A stretch of DNA of 64,000 nucleotides from Phoronis australis. Its lineage: Eukaryota; Animalia; Phoronida. A model generated the notes under the pieces. The model was not told the origin of the DNA. It did no database searches and was given only the letters and a program-made list of their open reading frames with translations. The stretch covers positions 643,247-707,246 of the forward strand of contig NMRA01000179.1 in NCBI GenBank assembly GCA_002633005.1. Reading direction: 5' to 3'. A program made the translations under genes and the position numbers. Of the stretch, positions 39,201 through 51,200 are shown piece after piece (the first letter of the stretch is position 1; each line of letters begins with the position of its first letter).

Positions 39201-42200
39201 GTGGGTGCCATATTGGACAGATCTGGAAGATGTAAGCCAGGCGTGTTCCCTACTTCTCCATTGTGACTGTGTTGTTGCCTGCAAAGGCAACTGTAAGTGC
39301 CATCGTGCTGGACTCCGGTGTACCACATTGTGCAAATGTGAAGGTGCCTGCACCAGCAACGACTCATAAACTTGACATTTCACCTTTCTCAATATCTAGT
39401 TGCTTTATAAGTACATGATACAAATTAGCACCAGCAGTATTTGGGTGACCATTGTGTTCTTTCAGTTGCTAATAAAGTATCTATGTTTCTATGTCTCAGA
39501 CTAGAAGTATTATCACACTCAGCTGAACAAGTCCTATATTGCGCAAATCTGGTTTTGGAAAATGATAATTTTTGGATTTTGTGCGGCGAATCACATCGAA
39601 ATACCCATTAAATAAACAAAGTAACTTCTATTAGGACAAACATAAATTTGAGTTATTTGTGAATGCAATTTGCCTTAAAAGTATCATTTTGCATTGGAAT
39701 CGACCTCAAAACATAAAACCAACACCAGAAATGAACTCCTCAACCCCCATAAAATTGGAAAGATGATATTAGAATTTGTTCTAGTGGTAATTGTAGCCGA
39801 CATATGCCAATTTCCGTTTTCGGAGGCGGCCATATTGGATTTTGCGGGTAAAGACCACCAGGGGGCGAGCACACTTTGTTTGCGGTGTTTTTTTAATTTC
39901 CTTTGCTTATACCTAACAGCGTACCAAATTGCAAAAACTTGTCACAAAGTGCCCAATTTTTGCAAATCTGCACATATTCCCTCCCCGCTATACAAGATGT
40001 TCAACTTTTTACTTAAACGATAAGTCTTCGAAAATCGTTTAAAGCAAATCCGTCCTACTGACTGGCAAAATGTATGGTTTGTGTGAGTTGGGTGCAAGTT
40101 AGGGATAGGGGGCCTCCACATCAACCTAGTGATGCGTGCTTCTATAAAACATACTTAAGGTTTGTGGAGTTTGAACAATTGTCAATGATCAAAATAGGGT
40201 CGAATGTGAGATTTTAGCAAGATAGAATCGTACAATGGCTGGACAGTGATATGACGATACTCCACTACACTTTTAGTATACGTACAGTTTACGCATCACT
40301 TAGAGAGGCGGATCCAGAATTTTGAGTTGGGAGGGGCCACGGCAGAGTATCTTAGGGGGGCATACCCTTCTTGGCCCTCCTCTAAATCCGCTTCTGACTT
40401 GAAATATAAGGTAGTCGTCTTATAATAATATGTTGTTAAGTTGCATAACGCGGCATACTTACATGTATTCTGGAACTGGCGATAATAAATTGTAACCACC
40501 AGTACCTATTTTACACACTGTAGTACTACAACTGTTGCAATTATTACACAGGTTGGAGTACGATTGATCATTCCTTACACGCTTTGACAAACGTCACTAA
40601 CGCTTTAAGCAAGGTGAAGGACGATTGTGGGGAAAGACCTCCCACTCCAATGCCACGTTTTACAGCGTAGGTGACTTAACGCACGTTGTTGATGACCCTT
40701 TCTACTAGCTTTCGGTTCTATGATAGACTGAAAACTGGTTGGAGTTAATCACTTTTTTAAGTTTGACCATAGGTACACAAATTTAGACAAACAAACACTT
40801 GATCTAACGTTTGGTCTATGCTCCAGCCTGTGCTTCGAAGCCTCGACTACCGATGAACTGTCGAGGCAACTCCAGTAGCTGTTACACTCGTTGATTCAAT
40901 AACCTACCGTCACTAACGCTGTACAGTACAGTGACAGATCTACGTTTTCAGTAAGGGAGGGGGGGTAGGATTCTCGCGAATCCGAGGTGCGTAGTGTTCA
41001 GCGGGGGCGGGGAAGGTCGGGATGGAGTTTTCCATCTCCCGTGTAAGAGTTTTTTGTTTTTTGTAGCTGAATTCGTTTTCCTGGCGAGGTTTTTCAATTT
41101 TTATTGTTGACCTTGTCCCAGGGGAAGGTGTTTATATTCCCTGAACAACCCCCCTCCCGTTGATCCACCTCTGCAGTAACTGATGATTCTGTAACAGGAA
41201 CTCAATTCTACCTTTAACTCAACTCGAATCCAACTGACTGTCATCAACCAGTCAGTGATATTTTAAGTCATGTTCTTGTATTTTTCACAAATTCAAACAC
41301 ACTCTAGAGCTTTTCGGAACCTACACGTATTCAACATTTCTACAAACATACATTGCACTCTAAAATGCTCCAGAGTTCAATTCTTCTGGAATCTACCATC
41401 AGCCAATAAACAAATGGAACAGTAAACCAAAACTTACAAAACTAAGTCCAGTGGGAATCAAAAAGGACTATCGAGTTAATGGCATTGTAGGGAACTGTAT
41501 CTCTTGAATATTGCTTGCATATCTTATAGGCCATAATCCAGTCGGCTCCAAGAAGCCTAGAGAATCACTTCCGTGGCTTCTTTTTGAGGGCAATATAATT
41601 TTGGTGTTTTTAAGGTCATTAAGTACTATACTATAAGAATCTAACAAGTTCCCAAGGTTTGACTCGCAAATAGAGCTAAAATTTCTTTTGAGGCTTCCTG
41701 TTTTAGCACATAATTGGAAGAGTAAAAATTTTCCTACAATTAAAATTCTCCAATTCAAGAATCTCCATAATGTGAGACACTGAAATCTGAGCAACATTTG
41801 AATTTTCAAGATAATGTATTACAGAACACCGACAATATTTGCATTTTTGTATTTCTCAAATTCCAAACACAGCTTATGTTTTAACATTAAAGGGTCAGAA
41901 AATAGGCTTGGAAGCTCATACATGTAAATAACAGAACTGATCACTCACATGCAGGTAAAAACTACAGCCAGTATTTTGAGATTGGGACGACTAAATTTAA
42001 TAAGCAAATTAATTCTTGTTTTTCTGTCCTCAACTAAAGATTTTTTTACCGTCAATGATCGTATTTCGAATTAAGAATAGGTAGGCCCATTTACAAGTGA
42101 ATGTTTGGAAAGGGATAGCTTTTCAAGATTTCTTTTATTCGTGAAGTTTTCTGTGATAGACTTTAATTTGTGGCAAATGATACATTGTGGTGGCAACACA

Positions 42201-45200
42201 TATATATTTGTTTGAGCACTGTTGAATGGAACTGACAGTGACAATCGCCTTGATTTTCTAGTAGGTTCAATATCATTTCCTTCATCATCTTGGTCATTTT
42301 CTTTTTTTAAAACTGTTTCGATTTTTGATACACCCATTAAGTGTCTGTAATACTGATTGTGATAGATTAGCGCTGTTTTTTCATAAACAATTAAAAACTT
42401 CTCAGCAATAATACTTTTCTTGCACTCAATGTTGATCCCTTTGTTTGCAGTAGCCATAGACCACGTAATATTTGAAAATTCCAGAAGCTCAGAATTTTGA
42501 GCAGGATCTAAGACATGAATGCAACAAGGAGCAGACATCTTGCCCATTTCTTGTAAAGTCGCACACTTATTCAATAAATCATGGTTTCGGCAGTGTCCTA
42601 GCTGGCCCAAAACTGCTGTTTTCGGAAGCGCAAAATGATTCAGGAACATGCCAAGAATTATGTGTACGTCAGTATGATGACACTTGCCACTAGACTTTCT
42701 TCAAACTACTGCCTGCTGGTTTATGAGCCTTGACCCTTGGTAATTGCCAATTACTTGCACACCCATCCAAGAATTAACACTTTTGAATGTAGAAAGTAGC
42801 TATAAACAAGATACATTTAGACAAGCCAACAGGACAACTTCAGTTGGCTGTCCTCTGATGAATGCTTTCATGGAGCAGACAAATTGGGAATGGGAAAGAT
42901 ACGGACAAAATATTTTCCTGCCATTTGATTGATTGGCTGTTCTGATCATTTTGCACTGACACCTGGTGGCTAACATATTAGTTTAGGCTATTTTTATCAA
43001 CTTTTAAATTAAAGTTATTACTAAACGTGCAAGTGTACTCTTGGGAACTTTTTTGAAATTGAGTTTTGAACATCTGTAGATGGGTTTAATGCAATGTTCC
43101 CGTTGCCCCCAAAAGTAGTCGCGGAGGTGAAACATACAGTAGGAGAGATGGAACCATGGCCTTTTAGGCGAAATACCGCAGATGCACTGATAAGCGAATT
43201 CACAGGTTGTTGGAAACACCAAAACCAGGTTATGCACTTTTTTAATAACTTGAACCAGGCAGTTTGCTGCCTAACAAGATACAAATATCTGTTATATGAA
43301 GGATACAAGAACAACGTCGCGTATCTATGATGATGCAGGTTTTGAGAAGCGGGCGAACTCGAAGTATACAGGTTGAGTGTACTTATTATTGGAATTAGAC
43401 TATCGAAAGCAATGGAAAGAAACACGAAACTAGCAGCAATTAAAGACAGCCAAATGTCAGCATTAAAAGTAACATGCACAAGGTTTATAACCCAACAGAG
43501 TTATACTACCACAGTCAGGATATTGGAAGTACGTGTTTGAGCAAAAACTCCTTTTGAGACACACCCGAATACACCATTTTGTTGAAAATTTCCAGACCTC
43601 ATAGTTGGTTTAAAAAGGATTTGAGACAAAATGTTTTCTCTGGAAAACAATTCACGTGCCACCTACATGGGCCAACTTGAAACTTTAGTGGCAATCGAAA
43701 AACATTCACCAATATTCTCAATAGTACAACTGACTGAAACTCGTCAATGAAAAGGGATTCAAAAACTTGGACTTGCTGATACTCTGTTATGTATAAACGT
43801 TGAACTTCCCTACCAGGCCTTTATGATTACTGTAGTTCTACTTGTGGACATTGCTTCAGCGAAATGTCACCAAGGTCACATCTGTTGTTTCGCTTGATTT
43901 TAGGGGACTTCCCCATATTTTTATCTGCACATTCGGGCGTGTCGGAGCTATTAATAAAGCAACATTACACTACCATGATCTACGCACACTTACCCACGGG
44001 TAGGCATTCAAAATAAAATTGCAGGTACATGTACGATGACGAATTTTTGCAACCAGCTGGAAACATTTGAGGTTGCAGAAAAAAATAGCAGAGGGTCTTG
44101 GAGTCGCAGAGGTTCTTGATAATGTCTGTAACTTTGAAAGCACATGTATTGATGTCGTTTTCCGTTTGAGTGGGGCATACGTTTGCTTTTTCTCGTCCAT
44201 AAAGGGCAAACACGACATTGATTGTTCCGTCAGTAAGACTTTCCGCTCCGGTTGAGCAGTTTAACACCGCGATGTCGTTTTGACAAGTGCGTTGGTGGTA
44301 TACACCTGAAACAATAACATCCAATGCCATAACATAGAAAATGTGAGCAGAGCGCCAACGAATTTCCCAACTAAGAACGCAGACAATATTTCCAAGACTT
44401 TCTTGACACAATTATTTTAAAAAAGTGAGTAGTGCTGTTAACCACTAGTGCTTTTTCTGAGGTGAAAGTACATCACATTTGTCTAGGTTCAATGCTTGAC
44501 ATACCTGAAGCACATAGTCTCTTACTTTCGTCCACTCCATCTAAAATGCGTCCTCGCTATCAGTTATGTTACTGACATGACTAGATCTTCCAGAGCTGGT
44601 ACGATTTGATAAGATCAGGAAACTCTTGTCAATTTCGTCTCAAATAATGAGGCACCGTGTGCTCCTCAAGTGCTTGTTTACATGTACATTGTTGAGCAGT
44701 ATACATGAACATGTAAAGGCAATGCACGACCGCTACGCGAGGGGAGTCCCAACCAAGGCACTATGGCCAACAACTGTATTACTCGAATGTACATGTAACA
44801 ACCCAAAGTGGATACTTACAGTAGCCTGGAGTAGACCATGTCCCATCAGACTGGCACTTAGCATGTCTGGATCCAAACATCATTTTTTTCAAGGGACATC
44901 TATACTCCGCTAAACTGCCAAAAGTAGTTGCGTTATAGGTAACGTTCAGACCGTCAGATGGCGGTTGCTTACAATCGATTACTGGAAAGAATGAACGAGA
45001 TGGCATGAACAACAGCCCGAACCTACTACAACCAGCACAGCCAGCAAGGGACTCAAGAAATCTCAAGTTTGCATGACCTCCTTTTTCATTCTCAACCAGG
45101 GACAATATTTCGTGCCCTTAGCACTAGTTAGCAGTGTTACAAAATAAGTCATCTGCAATTAATCTGCTGTTTACTAAGTTGTGGAACGATGTGATGTGTC

Positions 45201-48200
45201 GGCTTTCGGCGCAATGAAAAACAACGGCAACAACTGGCCACTTTCATTTTTCGCCCATTTTTCAATCAACAGCTTTTCTTCCAGGAGGTTGCGTACAAGA
45301 ATACACCATGAGAACCGCATCTACTTACGAGTTAACTGATGTTCTTATTTTATAACCACGGAACTGTAATTCCAATGGTTTACCTTGTCACAACGAAAGC
45401 TGCTGAAGGACGTAGTGTACGTCCGTAAATTGAAACTCGCTGATGACTCCAAAAAGCAGTCACCTGGTGGTACGCCAACCACTCTGAGTTTTTAACTGGG
45501 ATTAATTTGAACTTGTTATTCAAGGTTGACATGAACTGTAGGTTTGGTCTCACTCTGTTTTGTTGTCAACTCCATCCCTTTCCAATTTTAACAGTTATGT
45601 CAGTCGTGGATGTCCAAGGAGTACTGGCACAACTGGGTGTACCCTTACAGTCGGAGTTAAGGCACTTGTTCGAGTTTGACATACATGTACGTGTATAGAA
45701 ATATAACTGAGAGCAACGGATTGCTGTGTCGTAAAATACCGACAAATTCACGGAGCAAATAATCATGTAAACAGTCACAGAGTATCGTTTATAAGAGAAA
45801 AAATGCGAAGAAATAGCGTGAAAAATTTTACTGCTAATATTTTCTGTTGGTCTCAGTAGTGAATTATGAACATAAAGGTTGAAGTCAATTGTGTGCTGCA
45901 TAACTATATCTGAATGAATTCGATAATACTCTGTCAACCAAATGTATGATTTGACTGCTTGTTTTTATGAACACCAATTTGAAACATAACTTTTATTTTA
46001 CCAACACTAAATCCACCATTCATAATCGTTGTTTTACTGGCGTTGACATACTTTCGTGAATTAGTTGTCCCTGCTGAGTTAAGCCGTTCAATGTGAACCG
46101 TCATGTGCTTAAAAGCGTGTTTTCTTATGGACATAAACACTTACAGCCGATTTCATAAAGGTGGTTTAACAAAACCAGGTTTTAGACTTTAACCTGGTCT
46201 TCCTATACCTGGTCTAATTTTAGACCTGACTTGCATTTCACCAACATGGTTTAAGAGTCTGAAAGCCTGGTTTTGCTAGACCAGGGAGCTGGTTCAGTAA
46301 AACCAGTTTTAAAGTACTTCTTGCAAACTGCCCATGTGGTTCCAGTATCCGAAAATACTTACTACATAAATTCTCATTTTCGACACCCTTTCTTTATATT
46401 CTTTTCGCCTTTCTTGCCAAAAGCGATTTTTTAACAGTATTTGACCCTTCTCTCTGAGCGTATGATTACCGGTTGTCATCGGTTATTTCCGTACCCACAT
46501 TTCCGGCTCATCAGTTCAGGAACTTGTCCTGAACGCCGCCATTTTTTCCTTGTAACTGAATGTGCTATGGCTTGCTCGAAAAGTCTTCATTATTTTGTTT
46601 TATTAGTAATATATCGTGATTCGTTTGCATATGTAGTGTATTTATAGTTTGTAGTTAGTGGTCGTTGATTTTTTTGGAATGTTACGCGTACTTAGTATGT
46701 TAAAATAGCATTGGTGTTTAGTTCCTTACGTAGGCCGGTCGAACCTAGGAACCAATATGGGTCGAACCAATTTTTTTCGGTTTTATTTTTTTCCTCGTTT
46801 TGAAAAAGTACTTTGCTATCATCGGAAAGGTAGTACATTCTACTCAGTAAAAATCGAAAAAGTATCAAAATCGGGGCAAGCACTGTAAAGTTATTGCAAG
46901 TTTTGTGGCGAAATTTGGGTCACTTTGTTTGGATCGCGTCGGCCATATTGGAGGACAGCGGGATGAGTTACGAGTTTAAAACTTTGTGTAAATTGTTTTC
47001 GCCAACAAATTACGGTGAAATTTAGTTAGACATATCTTTACTTACTATTCTGCACGATTCAACAGTGTTCACCAAATTTCAGCCTCGCAGTTGTTACTCA
47101 TTAAGAGATAAATGTGCTCCCATTCCCGTTGGACTTCGTCTCATTTCTGGCGGCACCTACAATGTCGACTTTTGCTGAACTGAAAGGCATGTTCAATCGG
47201 CTACTTTGTAATTTGTGAAGATTTAACGTTGATACATTTTGACAAACGTTGCTACAAAAAAGAAACTTTGTTCAATTTTCGGTTTTTTTGTGTTTGTGGC
47301 CAGCGACCAGTTAGGCCTAAGGGTAGTCTTGGCGCAAAGCTGTATAGGCCTACTAACAAGCTGTATTTTGACTATAGTCTTCACTGGTAGCTGGTGACTG
47401 AGGCTAACTAAGGTCTGCCGCGGCAGTGTGACACAGGACTAACCAGCCCGTAATTACATGCAAGTGTCTGAAACTACCCTTGAATATATGCAGCATTTAT
47501 CATTTGACCATTTTACTTCGACAAAACAGCTTCCAACCGCATGCATTTACCGTTCGCCAGTGTCTGGTCTCGATCCGCACATGGTCCGATAGGCTGCGGT
47601 CCCGAGTCTGGCAAAATAATTTCTGTCAAAATTTATTCGCCACATTTCTTCAGCTAATTCCATAAAATTGTCCGTAGTTTGACTTTATCAAAAGTAAGGC
47701 GCGCCGTCGATTTTTTTATCCCCGTTTGCTGGCTGGTAACAGTACAGGCACTGCTCCAGTCGCACTGACGGCGTTTTCTCGGCCTGGGTTCCTGAATGAA
47801 TTGTACTTCCGGGTTCGCGGCAAGTTCAAAATGGCGGTGTTTCTTCGGGTGCGAATCGTGAGTGGCGCGTTCATTTAAACTGCTTTCGAGTACGGATCGT
47901 CTATTAGTTATGGGGTAGGTACTTCTTGGATCCTTATAACATCTTCTAACAATGTAATAAGGGTTAACGACACGTGAGAGAAGGACTTTAAAGTATCAAA
48001 GGCACCCCACTGTGTTGAGCTGGGTAAACCCAACAAAGAAACTATTGAAGTGCTTCAATGAAACCTTGATCACGTGGGTATACAATGGCATACACTAGTA
48101 GAATCAGTGCAGACATATACGAAAAACATCTAAAAGCTTTTCTCATGAGGAAAACTGTAATTTCTGTGACCAACACACGCACATTAAAGAACATGTTACA

Positions 48201-51200
48201 TGCCCAAATTTATCTCCTTGTCATTTTAGTGTTTATTTTCCACGGCCAAAGAGGGGGGGCAGGACCCCTTCCTGGCAACATTATATCGAAGAACAGTGGA
48301 GGTGGAACTCAGAAGAATCAGAAGATGCTGTCATTAGTCAAATCCGTAGCGCTTACGACGATGACGCCCTGCTCGACCAGTCATATTCAGAGAAATCCGC
48401 AGGACACAATCCAGCACGTACTGGTCTACGCATAGGCGGTTCCACGGGGGTCAAAGGGTCCGGAGTCCCCTTTTTCCCTTGATTTTAGTTATACCAAATC
48501 TATAATTTTCAAGTTGTTGACTTGCCTCCCCTTTCAAAATGTCCTTGACCGTCCCTCCCCCCTTTAAACAATCCTGGATCCGCCCCTGCTACGTTTGATC
48601 TCGTGTCATAGTTAAACTGAATATTGAAAATAGTCCATTTTCGCTCTAAAATTGCGTTACAAATGCTCTTCGTGGCATCATTCAGTTGTACCTATATCAT
48701 TCAAGTCTGACATATTTAACAGTTAAACCTGAATATGACCAAGTCTAAAGTTAAACATGGTTTAAGATCTTAATATAGGTCTAAAGCATATAGACCTAGT
48801 TGGTGAAATGAAAACTGACTTAGACCAGGTCTAAACTGGAGTTAAACCAGGTTTTACTAGACCACTGGTCTAAAAGTTAAACCACCTTTATGAAATGCAG
48901 ATTATCTTTAAACCTGGTCTAAGTCCAGTTTAAACCAGGTTTAACTTTAAACCACCTTTATGAAATCAGCTGTTGGTGTGTATCGAATGGACTCGGGTAG
49001 CCATTCATCGGGTAATACTGGGTTGATAACAGTATGTACAGTTTGGAGTGAATTAATCGGGTGACTTAAAGGCGAAGGCAACCTTTTTCCATGTCATTTT
49101 GAGCTAAAATAAGGTTGGTTGGTTATCCTAGACATATTTTTCACTTAATTACAGCTTTTCGTAATTTTATTAATTACTCGTCCGCTTTTCCGGAAGTGAC
49201 GTTTTAGGAGGCAAGCGCTTCCTGCCACTTGGTTTTGCGTTGAGCTTACTGTGCGAATCTGTTCTATTCTGCTTTTGTTTTGTGCTATTTTTCACCAATT
49301 GTCGCCACCACTTTCCATCGGCGAGTATTCTGCGGCAAGATAGGTTAGTACAGAACTCAACTGCGTTGGATTTAGGGATTGTTTAGTGTGTTGTAAGCTG
49401 AACATGGCTGGAGTCGGTGACCCGTATCACAGTGATAGTAGTGTGAGTGACGGAGACCTTGTTCACAGCAGTGGTGACGAGGAATTTTTTCACGGACATT
49501 CAGTGGGTGGGTACATACTTGAGCCCGAGTACAACGAGGCAGAGTACACACAGGCACAGGCAGCTGTTGAGAGAAACGAGGCGGCTACTGAAGACAGACG
49601 TGGTGACACATCTTGGTGCAAATGCACTGTGTGCGTTGTTATGCCTACCTCAATTGAATGCTTGTGCTGTTCCGAGTTCCACATCAATTATCTTTTTGGT
49701 CTCTTCCTCCATTAGAGTGTATGTGGTATACTTGGCGGACCGCCCTGGTGAGTCAGACAAGTTCTCCTTCTCCATGAATTCCGCCACCAACTCGAGATGT
49801 TGTGACATGTATGCGTCATTGACAACTGGTATTAAATAGGAATTCTGAATGTTGTTGAATGTTGTTTTCGAAAAAAAATTGACTTTTCCAAAGTCCATCA
49901 TTGTCTTCACCGACTGAAACGTGTTTCCAGTGAAGAGCACACCACTGGACATGGTTAAGTGGACCTCCGGCATACCACGGACAGAGGAACAACTGTCCCA
50001 CTTGCCAGAGTGTCCCGTGACACACTCCCACTGGATGGTGACCTGAGCACCCAAACTGCTTACATTGTGTCGTGTGACTCCCTCGCCACACACCTGGCAC
50101 CTTCTAAATAGCTCCAACACTTTAGACAAGTCCACAATAAACTTATCAAAGTTTGGCTCACCGATCTGTTCACTGGACGACGAACTGTCCTCTTCACTGG
50201 GTGTCGAACTGGGCCTGTAATCACTCCCACTACTCAATATCGCTGCAGGGCTGCTTAGAGGCTCTGGGCTGGAGAAAACAGCACAGGGCGAATCACTACT
50301 GGTTCCAGGAATTGCACGCTCTGGGGTACGTTCGGAGGCACGGGTGACAGTAGATGAAGTGCCTCCACTGGCTCCAGTCACTGTACTGGCCACAGCTCGC
50401 GAGGCTTCTCGCTTCAAAAACGCACTTCTCGGGGGTGGCGACGGGGCACTGCCGGGAATCAACACAGACGGAATGGCATCCTTCTTCAAGCGTTGTTTCG
50501 CGGGGACCTTCATCAGTTCAGCGTACAAATCCCTTTCGTAATCGGACGGCAGAAAGTGCTTGCCACACACACGGTAATTCTCCACTGCTTTGTACGTTGC
50601 GTGGACGGGTAACGCTGCGTTCTTCACACGAACGAGCCAAGTACGGCGAAGTGTGTCATCCATCGGAAAGCGATGCAAAGGCACTCCCAAAGCGCGCGTG
50701 AGCCGATAATTACTACATCCCGGTACGCAGCAACAGTGTGGCATGTTGACTGACTAGTAAATGAAAGCGAACGACGACGGAACTTAACACAACCGAGGTA
50801 GAACAATGACTGACTCGGCAGCTCTCACAGTCAGACTATGTGAAAAGAAATTGGCGGGAAGCGCTTGCCTCCTAAAACGTCACTTCCGGAAAAGCGGACG
50901 AATAATTAATAAATTTACGAAAAGCTGTAATTAAGTGAAAAATATGTCTAGGATAACCAACCAACCTTATTTTAGCTCAAAATGACATGGAAAAAGGTTG
51001 CCTTCGCCTTTAAGGCCTACCGTGTAAGGCAAAAACCCAAAACTGTGGTTGTTACAGTATGTTAAGAGCATGGTTCTGAGCCCTAGTGCGATAAATTGTC
51101 AAATGTGACGAACTGTGAGGCGTGTAGGCTTGTTCGTTTTGCTTTTTAACAGCGCCTTTTAATTCGAACATCTACGATTAACACCCACACGTAGTGACGC

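Larger units (their letters stand above)
49070..51009. mobile_element. Kolobok DNA transposon, internally deleted copy 1 (1940 bp)
   Basis: TTAA TSD at 49066-69 and 51010-13. AG...CT termini. Near-perfect TIRs of about 160 bp. Convergent THAP-transposase and KolX-like ORFs. Confidence 0.9.

Noticed and set aside
45380-45720. Possible extra host exon(s) with an AAG|GTAAAC donor
   Set aside because: The phase-1 frame has stops and the open frames show no recognisable domain.
46690-47970. Nested piggyBac-like element or promoter (GGG-TTAA end, ACTTCCGG and AAAATGGCGG motifs)
   Set aside because: No matching TTAA-CCC left end and no downstream ORF.
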